NCBI GenBank assembly: GCA_002269645.1 | Contig: NIVC01003268.1 | Span: 44,001-108,000, forward strand | Direction of reading: 5' to 3' | DNA length: 64,000 nt | Source of the DNA: Macrostomum lignano | Taxonomy: Eukaryota | Shown: positions 13,560 to 24,164 of the stretch, in pieces | Layout: every line of letters starts with the position of its first letter | Position numbering within the stretch: the stretch's first letter is position 1 | Notes under the pieces: model-generated | What the model was told of the DNA's origin: nothing | Seen by the model: the letters and a program-made list of their open reading frames with translations, nothing else | Database searches by the model: none | Translations under genes and position numbers: made by a program

Positions 13560-14850
13560 ATGACATAATTTATGCAAGCAGACGCGCTCCACGGAACTTC
13601 ACTTACCTGTGGGTCATTTCGGAGCCGCACTGAGTTCTCTGAGTCGCAACGCAAGACGCATCGGTCGAGCAAAGTCTTCAGTTTAGAGTTCGCCTGCCAA
13701 GGCCTCATCAGGGCTGCTGAAAACACCGCTTTCAAGACAGGAAGCCCAGCTCGCATTGCTGAGATTAACCCGAGTCCAGCACGCGCTGGTATTGCAAATC
13801 TGACGACTGCTGGCTGGCATCCAACCGCAGAATCACAGGCGAGTTGACGTTTAACAGTTTCACACTTTCACACGCTGCTTCACGTTGGTGAATGATGCCT
13901 TGACAGCCACTCTGTAGTCAAACACGCGCTCCACTTTACGAAGTTCCTGCAGAGGCCGCCAATTTTCAGCAAAGTTGGGAAGAAGTCGCCTTCAGAGGTG
14001 CAAAATCCCCACACCGGTCGAGATCCTTCCTGCTTCTCATAGCTTCTGCATCCTGAATCATCTGCACCAATCCCGGATCCGGCCTTATCCTCTCCTCATC
14101 GATGATGTGGCCCAGGAACTTCAAACTGCTGGCCTTCATAATGCACTTCGCTTTGTTGATTTTCACATTAGCCTCTCTCAGATTGTCCAGCATTTTCTCT
14201 CCGATATTCTAAAGCTCCGCCTTCGACACCGCTCCCACGAGCACATCGTCCTAATGTACGATGACGCTTAGGTTGCTCACCCAGCAGCTTCTTCATCTCG
14301 CGCTAAAACACTGACGAAGACACTTTGATGCCGTACGGCAGCCTGTTAACACGGTAGCAGCCGAAAGGTGTGTTGATGGTGGTGATATTCTTTGACTCAT
14401 TTTTCAGCGGAACCTGGTAGTAAGCGTTAGACAAGTTCACTCGGCATAACAACATCATCTTGTTTGCCGTGTTTGAGAATGCTGTCTCGATTGACGGAAT
14501 CAGATACGTCTGATCCTGCACCCACTTATTGACGACAGTTTAGTCTCTGCAGATCCTCACTGACATCTTGTCGGACTTCATCGTCACTACTATTGGACTG
14601 TCCCACTTTTTAACCGGATCTCGCCAACTGCTCCCTTGATGACCAACAAGCTCTCGTAACTGTTGCTTCTGGACAGCTTGGCTTCATTTGAATGGTGAGC
14701 AGGCAGCGAGCTGAGCAGATCTCAGCTGAGTAACCCAAGTTCTGCTAGTCTTCAATGACGGGCAGCTCCGCCGCAACGAAGCGGCCATCAGGGCCGCCAG
14801 TCTTCACCAGGCACTCCAGCATGCCGAGCTGCTTCATAGCATGCCCGTCG
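13560..14850 (-). mobile_element. Second, internally deleted copy of the Gypsy pol relic
   Basis: Nucleotide and peptide similarity to 3650-4735 (KASSLKFLGHIIDEE; YYQVPL; GCYRVNRLPYGIKVSSSVF); most of RNase H and integrase missing. Confidence 0.9.
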
Positions 14851-14860
14851 CACGCCAGCA

Positions 14861-15109
14861 TTTAGTTTAGTTTAGTTTTGTTTAGTTTTGTTTTGTTTTG
14901 TTTACTGTTTTAAGTTTTGTTTTGCTTTGTTTTGTTTTGTTTTGTTTTGTTTTGTTTTGTTTTGTTTTGTTTTGTTTTGTTTTGTTTTGTTTTGTTTTGT
15001 TTTGTTTTGTTTTGTTTTGTTTTGTTTTGTTTTGTTTTGTTTTGTTTTGTTTTGTTTTGTTTTGTTTTGTTTTGTTTTGTTTTGTTTTGTTTTGTTTTGT
15101 TTTGTTTTG

Positions 15110-15140
<31 letters not shown>

Positions 15141-15680
15141 TTGTTTGTTTTGTTTGTTTTGTTTGTTTTGTTTTGTTTTGTTTTGTTTTGTTTTGTTTTG
15201 TTTTGTTTTGTTTTGTTTTGTTTTGTTTTGTTTTGTTTTGTTTTGTTTTGTTTTGTTTTGTTTTGTTTTGTTTTGTTTTGTTTTGTTTTGTTTTGTTTTG
15301 TTTTGTTTTGTTTTGTTTTGTTTTGTTTTGTTTTGTTTTGTTTTGTTTTGTTTTGTTTTGTTTTGTTTTGTTTTATTTTATTTTTTTTGTTTTGTTTACT
15401 TTTTTAAGTTTTGTTTTGTTTTTTTTGTTTTGTTTTGTTTTGTTTTGTTTTGTTTTGTTTTGTTTTGTTTTGTTTTGTTTTGTTTTGTTTTGTTTTGTTT
15501 TGTTTTGTTTTGTTTTGTTTTGTTTTGTTTTGTTTTGTTTTGTTTTGTTTTGTTATGTTTTGTTTTGTTTTGTTTTGTTTTATTTTTTTTTGTTTTGTTT
15601 ACTTTTTTAAGTTTTGTTTTGTTTTGTTTTGTTTTGTTTTGTTTTGTTTTGTTTTGTTTTGTTTTGTTTTGTTTTGTTTA
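14861..15680. repeat. (GTTTT)n pentamer microsatellite
   Basis: Direct reading; starts with a few GTTTA units; same Gypsy breakpoint as 4740. Confidence 0.97.
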
Positions 15681-15699
15681 GCACCTGCCGGATCTCTTT

Positions 15700-16130
15700 C
15701 TGGCACCTGCTGGCTAGCGGGCAATGCCTGATGCAACGCAGGGACCTCTTCAGCTTGGCCAGAGGCGGTCAGTGGCACAAGGACGACTAAAGTAACGTAT
15801 ATATCTACTTAAGTAGTCCTTGTGGCACAGCTAAAATTTTTCTTACCATCTGAAGTTGCCGCACGTACTCGGTGATCTGACCCACGGACAACTCTATTGA
15901 GACTTTGCTCCGGACCTGCTGTTCGCTGAGGCCGTCAGTGAGACGCATTCTGATCAGTTGCTCAGCTTGATCGACATTCTCGCCCCTCAGCCTCTCGAAT
16001 TCGCAGACCACCGCCTGCTCTCAAAGTCGGGGATCGAAACCGGCAACCGTCTCGCCCTCATGCATGGACATGAAAGCCGCTCGTTTGGCATATGACAGCC
16101 TCCTTTTGGGTTTTAGAGGCGTCACGAGGT
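15700..16130 (-). mobile_element. Probable Gypsy gag remnant
   Basis: ORF 15805-16011 (CEF..EQLIRMRLTDGLSEQQVRSK) resembles the Gypsy gag C-terminal region and is positioned 5' of the pol relic. Confidence 0.5.
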
Positions 16131-18308
16131 TGGTTCACAGTTTTATTCAATATTAAAAAAGCTCATGAGGTTTCGTCTGCCGAGAGAGACAGGATGCATT
16201 CAGAATGGATTTTTGTAGTGAAGAGCTAGGGCTGTTGATTGCTGCATTGCTGAATGTGATGCATAGCTGCATCAGTTTGTGTATTGCAAGTGCATTTTAG
16301 GCGATCAGTAGCTTCACAATTTCATAAAAGATGTAGCAGCCGCCGAAAACTCGAAGCCTATTTAATGCTCTATGAAATCAAATTTTTAAAAGAGGTGAGA
16401 CCAATGCGCTCTGACTGCAGGAAAAACATTCAGAACGTTGATCTATCTCTGACATGAGGCCAAAACTTTTGAGTGTACTGCAGGGTGCATTTCTTCTTGC
16501 ACTGGTATTCAAATTTAGGCTCGGGTTTATAATAGTATAACCTGGTGAGACAAGTTGAATATTTTAGTAAATTCATTTTTAGGAGCGTCTGCACCCAGAA
16601 ATGTTGGTTAAAATTGTTGGGATATGGACTTTTTAGCCAATTGAAAGAGGTGAAAATGCGTACAAAAATAGATAATAGGAGAATTGAGGATGGCGAGTAA
16701 AAGTAGTATGGTTGGAAAGTTTTGAGTGAAAGATGATCACGTTGATAATTTTGAAATTTCGATGCAATGGGATAATGGAGGCTGTGAAGGTATATTTATC
16801 CCTTAAAATGATTGATTGGTAGATTAGCAGTAGGAATTCGAAGCTTCTTCCGCTCGTCGAGCTACTCAGACGGGAATCCCCGGCGATTTACTTTGCTGCA
16901 CCAGTGCGGAGCAACGCAGGAAAAGTCAATTCAAGACAATGTGCTCAAATTTTGTTGTGCACCTTCTCCAACAACAATAAAGTCAGCAGCCTTCTGGAAC
17001 GTCAAAGTATTCAACGATTCTGCCAGAAATTAGCAATCAATGTTTTCTATAAGCGCCAGTGAATTCAATACTCCACTGTGCGCCAATCAGCACTGCGTCT
17101 CGGTGTGACCTCCCTATTTTATCGGAACGTCAAACACATGTCTGCAACAGCTCTGGCTTAGATGGTAATTGGAATGTACACTGGCTGAGCGTCTGGATCT
17201 TTAACATGGGCACCGGGTTTCTATGGACACAGTACTGCGAATTTCTGTGACGGCTTTGATCAAGCCTCCACGGAGGGCAAACCTGAATTTCTCGGTGTCC
17301 TCACCTGGTTTCTCAGGCATTCGTTCATCGCAGACACACATGAAATCAAGTATAATTTACTCTTTTTATTAAACAATCTACTATTTGCTAAACAATGTTC
17401 CTACACGTGTAAGTAGTAAATTTTGTTTAGTTTGCAGTATTTCCTGTCGTAATTTAGCGCTATTTTTCCTTTTTTGTTTCGATAGTTTATATTACCCGAT
17501 GTTGAGTAACACTCGAAATGTATGTCAGTGAATTCAATGCGGTTCTGCAATTTTTTTAATGCTAAAATACAATAATATGAGCAAATGCTTATTTACAGAA
17601 GAGATTTATGCAAAAAGTTAAGAGATTCAGAAATATGATGAAATCTCTATCCGGTGTCAAGACGATGGCAGTTGCCTGGCTGCCACCCGTTCAAGAAGTC
17701 CACGGCGTCACCTGATGACGGATTGTTTGAGGGTTTTGCTGAGGAGGTCCAGTCGTTGAGGTTTCTCATTATTGAAACTCTCATAAAATGAGAGTCTTGG
17801 GAACTATTGGAAGAATCCGGAAAAACTGTCCAGCAAGGAACAAATCCCAGCTTCGAAGTTTCATATCAAAAGCAAACTGGCTTTCGCAAGAACCCAGCAT
17901 TGCATAGAATTACCTAAAAGCCATTGCACAAGAAAACACTGCGCGTGCTGCACACTGAATAAATATGAAAACACAGACTTGGACACAGTTCGCATTGCAG
18001 ACTGCAAAAGCAAAGCCCCAGAACTTCTGAAAGGTCATCCAGCAAAAACCGAAAATCCCGCAGCAAGGCAGGTAAAATTGATGCGCTGCATGGCGCAAAG
18101 GTTTCGAGTGACGCATGCAGTGCCTCGGGATTCCAGACACTGTCTGGCAGAGATAAAAGTGCATTTAGTCACGGGATTCTGGCCAACCGAATCCCCAGCA
18201 GAGGCAAACAGTCTGATGCAAATGGCAAACCGCGTGACGCGTCTGGAATGCGAAGTGCAGCCTGCAGTCACGTGAAATTGATCCCATGGGCAGGGAATGC
18301 TTCTTCTC

Positions 18309-18316
18309 TATATAAA
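18309..18316 (+). promoter_or_regulatory. TATA box of FReD copy 2
   Basis: TATATAAA 80 bp upstream of ATG 18389; conserved in copy 3. Confidence 0.65.
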
Positions 18317-20214
18317 TGCAGCCATTTTACAGAATGCAGCTGCAATCCTCAGATTACCGATACAACAACGAAAGGCGAACTTGACTCGATGCAGCTCTTT
18401 CAGTTGCGAGTTTCTGCAGCGTTGGCTCTGCTACTCTGCTCGCTGGCAGCCGGTCAGGTCTCCCAGTGCGCTCCCGCTGACTCTCCGCGGCTCCGCTTCG
18501 TGGCGCAGCTCAGCGTGAACGGCTGCGCGCTGTTCGTGCACGACACGGGAGCGAGCGACGGTCCGCACTTGGCAGTCGAGCCGCTCATGTGCGTGACGGA
18601 CAGCCTGAGAGGCATTGTTCCCCGATTCGACTTCATCACCCAGCAGCTGTACTTCAGCGTTCCTGTATTGATGAAGGATTCTGGGATGCTTGCAGAGGCT
18701 CAGCGTCAACTGCGGCATCTGTCACCGAGGTCTGTGAGCTTCGCCACGGTGACCAACATCAGCGTCTCAGCCGACACCTGCTCATCGGTTCGGGTTTTGG
18801 GCTTCCTGTGGACTCCGGATGAGTCAGTAGCCACTCTGAGACTCAACTTTGGAGAGAACATTCGATATGAAACTCTACATCCCGAAAACATTGTTCTAAG
18901 ACTTCTGAATATCGACTCAATGAGAAACTTCCTAAATCAAAATACCCAGATGCAGAGTCGAGAAAACAAAGAAAATTCAACAATCGATGCTCTTAAAAGG
19001 GTGAAGCTCTCAGCTACTCTTCTGTCGAATGGTTGTTTCCATGAGGCTCAGAGCCGCGTCATGCTGCAAAACGACAGCTTCATTGATGTCAGCGTGTACA
19101 AGCAAAAATTCTTACCCGCGTGCCGACAGCTGCGGTTCACTCGGTACGTCAATCTCGAGAACTGCTCTGCCCAAGTGCACCAGAGACTCGACATTGAGGG
19201 CCACTTCCTTATCGAGCCTCCGCTGTGCCACAACATCTCCAGCTTGAGCAGCGAGTCAGTCAGGTATGACTACAGCCGAGACATGCACTACCTGAAGCTG
19301 GATCTGGTGCTGCAAGATGAGGCCACACGCGATGCTGTGAGGACTCAGTTGGCCGACTTGTCGCCTCGCTCGGTCGACTTCATGCGGCTGTGGACTGCTG
19401 AGAGATCGGTGAGCTCTTCGTTGAGTGCTCGGTTCGAGGTCGGTCCGCTGATTGCGTCGGCAGACTGGAGGTCCGCTCAGCTGCGGCTGCTCTGCGGAAA
19501 CTGGACGGAGTGCCGCGATCTCAGGTTGGCTGACATTTTGTTATAGGTTGAAACCTTTGAAGACTTTATCTTTCGTTTACCGTGATTTTATATTTTATAC
19601 TTTTGCTTTCAAGCTGCTCTTCTCTAAACACGTCATTATGAGTTTTGTAGTGAGATTAAAAAAACTTTTTAGTATCAGTTTGGAAGAAGAGTAAATTTAA
19701 GTCTGTAAGTTTCAGGTGGCCCGAATTTATGACGTTAAAACACACAAGCACAAATAGCATCGTTTTATAGTTTATAAAATAATTGCATGTTAGCGGCATA
19801 TTTACTATTTACCACATATACCCAAACTATAATATTTTACATTATTTACCATTACTTGCTTTCGACGCCGCTTGCTTGTTTGACTTTATCTATTTATTTA
19901 TTCTTAGCACTGTGCCGTTTACAAAAAACAATTGACGACTTCCAGGGCTGCTGTGCTGGCGGAGCCCGCTGACCTGTGGCGACACGTGCAGTGGCGGGTG
20001 ACTTCGCTGGTTGCTGAGCAGTGCCTCCTAAAGTCCAACCGAATCACTTCATCATGGAGATACAGTCTGAAGATACAGTCAGCTGCTCCAGTCTGAAGTC
20101 TTGCGCCAGGCTGCAATGCGCCTCTGCTCAACGCACAGCGAACTCTTCCAGTGCGTTTCAACTGCAGCCAGACGGTCGCTGCTTCCTGAAGATTCAGCAG
20201 CGACTTACTGGCAG

Positions 20215-22648
20215 GGCTGCGGTTTGCGCTAGGCTTGCCTTGAGCAAACCGGCTTTAGTGCCCAAGTGCGCTGCGTCTGTGGTGCGCCCCCCCCCCGCCG
20301 CGTGTGTACGTTCTGTGTTGTTTAGGTGGGTGCCCACCCCTCCGCCGGTGGGGGGGGGGGTATTTTACTCCAGCCGCGCTGCTGCGTTGGCAGTGTTTTC
20401 GCGCAGTTCAAGAGGTTGCCCGAGGAGAAGGCGAGGAACCTCGCTGAGTTGTTAGCATCTGAAAGGAGCAAAACCAGGATCAGCAAGCGGGCTTTGCAAC
20501 GCTTGATCGGCAAGCTTGGCTGGGCAGCACAGGTGATTCGCAAAGGAAAAACTTTTCTGCGTGATCTGATCGAAGTGTGCAACGCTATGCGGCCTGACGA
20601 GAGAATTAAAGTCAGCTTACAGCTCTGTGACCAATTCTGCTAGTGGATTGTAGCGCTGGAGTCGGCCCGGTGGGTGGAGCTCTGGCCTGTTTTCAAGAAC
20701 CATGTGGCCATCGAGTCCGATGCATGTGGCAGAGGCGGGGCAGCGGTGCTTCGAAGGTCAGATGGCAGTTGGGACTGGTGCTACATCAATTGGAGCCAGG
20801 ATGGGGCCGGAGTGTTCGCTGATCTGCCAATCAACTACAAAGAGGCGGTGGCTCCTTTGCTGTCAATCCTGCGCTGGAGGGAAGAGCTGAAAGGCTGTAA
20901 CGTTAGCGTTTATTGTGACAACATGGCGGCCTGTCATATTATCAATAATGGCACTTCGAGGTGTCCTGTCGTGCAGAGGCTACTGCAAACGATTGCGTTG
21001 ATGTCTTTACGGCATGGTCTGAGTGTGCGAGCCTTTCATGTGCCGGGAGAGTTTCAAATTCTCGCCGATGCAGCGTCTCGGTTGCACGAGCGCAGTCAGT
21101 TGATTATTTTTTATTTCGCTGCTATGGCAACTTGTGCCCGTTTGCTTTGCAATCAATGCATCGACATGCTTTCTGCCCTGCCTCTGCCCACTTTCTTCAT
21201 TTTCAGGCCGTCCAGCTGCGCCAGACTCTCTCAGCCGCCGGGCCGCGTCGCTGCTAGGCGTCTCTTATGCACCACGGTCAAGGCAGGCGGTGGCGAGGCA
21301 CATCCGTGAGTGGCTAGCTTACTGCAAGCAGACCCGCTGCAGTCCTGTATCCTGTCCGCTGAACAGCCTGCTCGACTACCTGGCCAGCCTAGTCGGGACG
21401 CGTTTGCGTGCGTACGGCAGCGTTGCTTCTGTCGCCAGCTGGCTGTCCGTTTGGTTTCGCGTCAACTCTGCACCAGACCTGACGAAGCATGCCGCAACGA
21501 CTCTCCTCCTGCGAGGTGCCAAGCGAGAGCTGGGACTTCGGGTGTCGAGAAAACGACCAGTATCGCCGCTCATGTTGTCGGAGATTCATCAGCGAGTCAG
21601 TCGTTCTGACGGGCTTCAGCTGGCATGCTGGGCAGTCGCCATCTGCTGTTGGTGGGGCATGCTCCGAAAATCCAGCGTGCTACCGACTTCGGGAAAAGGT
21701 CCGGCACGTGTGCGCTGCGCTGACATCTTTCGACACCCGCGAGGTCTGATCTTGCGCCTGGAGCAAGGGAAGACTCTCCAGTTCAAAGAGCGGGTGCACC
21801 AGGTGCTTCTACCAAGGCTAGTGAGGCGGACGTCGCTGTGCCCGGTGTTAGCAATCGAGCAGCACGCAAGATTCAATAATCTGCAATCGGCTGATGCGCC
21901 TCTGTTCACTTATCGCGACGCCGGAGGCAACCAGCGGCTGCTGACAGGCAGGCAGCTCGATCGCTTCCTAGCGGACAAGCTAGGGGCTGCGGGCTTCAGG
22001 CGTGAGCACTTCTCAGCCCACAGCCTCCGCCGTGGCGGCGCGACCTGGGCCTCGGTGTTGGGTGTGCCGGTGCCCGACATCATGCGGATCGGTGACTGGA
22101 AGAGCGACTCAGTGCAGCGGTATCTCCCGCAGTCGCAGCAGGGCTTGGCAGCTTCCGTCGTGTTTGCTAGAGGTGTGGGATCCCTCGTTTGACGTTGGCA
22201 TCAGCTTTACGATGTTCCGTTTCCTTCAATTTTTTCTTTCGCGCGCTTTCCCGTTGTTGTTTCGGCTTTGGAGGCCTCGTTACTGCTTTCGCTTTCGCCA
22301 ACATCGCGTATTCGTGTTTTGCTTTGGGGCACTAAGGCTGCGGTTTGCGCTAGGCTTGCCTTGAGCAAACCGGCTTTAGTGCCCAAGTGCGCTGCGTCTG
22401 TGGTGCGCCCCCCCCGCCGCGTGTGTACGTTCTGTGTTGTTTAGGCGGGCGCCCACCCCTCCGCCGGTGGGGGGGGGGTATTTTACTCCAGCCGCGCTGC
22501 TGCGTTGGCAGTGTTTTCGCGCAGTTCTTTTTTTTTTCTTCTTCTTTTATCCTTATTCTTTTAATCAATAAAATATAAATAAAGAGGCCTCGTTACTGCT
22601 TTCGCTTTCGCCAACATCGCGTATTCGTGTTTTGCTTTGGGGCACTAA
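20215..22648 (+). mobile_element. Ngaro-type tyrosine-recombinase retrotransposon A, internally deleted (no gag or RT core)
   Basis: Split direct repeats A1 20215-20409, B1 22271-22335, A2 22336-22527, B2 22584-22648. RNase H 20326-21309 (ESDA..INYKEA..YCDN..ADAASR, one in-frame TAG). YR ORF 21134-22192 (R..K..HSLRRGGA..GDW.S..Y). No TSD. Confidence 0.93.
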
Positions 22649-23046
22649 AGTGAGTTTTCAGCGAAACTGGACTGAGTACGAGACAGGCTTCGGTGACGGC
22701 ACTGACTTCTGGATCGGTGAGTGGCTTGTCAATTGGTGTGCGTCAGGAACCGAAGCAGGTCTTATCAACTGCCAAACGAGTGTCATTTAGGCCGGACAAT
22801 CAATAACGTTCGCTGGTTGGTGGCTCTATCAATTTTAGTGCCTCCATTTCTCTTAGGCTCTTTGTGAGCCTGGAGTGAAATGGGTGTTAGCCATCCACCC
22901 CTCGCACTGTACATTGTGCCGCCTTTGTGCTCCGTCCTCTCTACCCCCGTGGGGTGGGGGGGGTTTGCTCACCCGCTTATTTATTTGCACGCCGCCTTCT
23001 GTGCCCCGTCGCTCGCTTTGGCTTTGCAGCTCAAAATTTTACCATT

Positions 23047-24111
23047 ATGGAAAGTGCACGCAATTTTACAACTAAACAGCTCAAACAAGAGCTAGCTCAG
23101 CGAGGCCTCTCACAAGCTGGTCGTAAACAACAACTCTATGAGCGTCTACACAGACACCTGTGTGCTATGTCTGAGTATCCAGCTGCAGCAAAAAGTCACG
23201 ACGCAAGCCTCAACTCAGGCACCATCGACGGTGGACATTCGACGGGTGGACACGGAGCTTCAGGGAGCGCGGCGAGCGACCTGGCGGCTCTGAGGAAGGA
23301 GGTCGAGCAGCTGGAGATTGAAGCCCTGACTCGGCGCCGCGCACAACTGCAAAGCGAGCTCAATCAGTCGCAGAACCACCGGTCTCAGGAACCTCCACAA
23401 CAAGGTGAGCGGAGAGAAAATGCTGGCTTGCATGAGGCGTTTTTGTTAGGCGGCGCTCTTACAGATCCCGGCAGAAGCCAGTGTGACAAAAAGACTAGCA
23501 GGGCTTATCTGATTCGCGATTTTGTCAAGCCCAGTTCAAATCAACCTAATGAGAGCCTCACAGCCTGCATGGAGAACGGCAACCTGGTCTTTAAGAAGCA
23601 GCCACCCAGCTTGGGGAAAATCTCTGTCGGCCAGTGGATTGCAGGGAACTCTAAGATTTTGCTTCGACTAGTTGATGATGGGTCGCTGATTCACATTAAT
23701 GAGGATGGATCTGTCAATGTTGACGAACTAAAAGGCTATCTGGAGTACTCACAGAAGATCGGCGAGCTCTTAGACGCTAACTACAGCCCAAGTGTCGTGT
23801 GGGAATTCGATGAGGATTACAGAAAGTTGATCGCCGACTCGGATTCGCATCGATGGGGCTGCGAGCCTCCACAGCTGTACCACCGACACCTTAATGCACC
23901 AAGAAACTTAAAAGTCACCCTAAGCAGACCAGCATCCAACCAGTCGCAAGCTCCCATCTGCCTAAGCTACAACTCCCCTGCCGGCTGCCAGCGGTCCTCC
24001 TGTAGGTACCGTCACGTCTGCAAGCTGCGCGACTGCGGCCGGCCGCACCCCGCACACCAGCACCGTCCGGCCAGCGTCGGCGGCGACGCTGTGGAGGGAG
24101 CAAAAAACTAG
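23047..24111 (+). CDS. Ngaro B gag-like protein with N-terminal SAP-like motif and C-terminal CCCH/CCHH zinc finger
   Basis: FTTKQLKQELAQRGLSQAGRKQQLYERL matches the SAP pattern; C-terminus CLSYNSPAGCQRSSCRYRHVCKLRDCGRPHPAHQH. Confidence 0.8.
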   Translation: MESARNFTTKQLKQELAQRGLSQAGRKQQLYERLHRHLCAMSEYPAAAKSHDASLNSGTIDGGHSTGGHGASGSAASDLAALRKEVEQLEIEALTRRRAQLQSELNQSQNHRSQEPPQQGERRENAGLHEAFLLGGALTDPGRSQCDKKTSRAYLIRDFVKPSSNQPNESLTACMENGNLVFKKQPPSLGKISVGQWIAGNSKILLRLVDDGSLIHINEDGSVNVDELKGYLEYSQKIGELLDANYSPSVVWEFDEDYRKLIADSDSHRWGCEPPQLYHRHLNAPRNLKVTLSRPASNQSQAPICLSYNSPAGCQRSSCRYRHVCKLRDCGRPHPAHQHRPASVGGDAVEGAKN

Positions 24112-24164
24112 ATCTTTTTTATAGCCGCCCTGCTTTTAACCCCCGTTCGCCGTCACCTTTTATC

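Noticed and set aside
14888-15731. FCFVL-repeat ORFs; likewise VCLS/TDRQ ORFs at 39951-40681
   Set aside because: Microsatellite translations.
18248-18388. Longer N-terminus from the ORF-track start at 18248 (and 7771, 53453-54331 'MWVKK', 56754)
   Set aside because: TATA position, signal peptide or A-run context and cross-copy conservation support the downstream ATGs.
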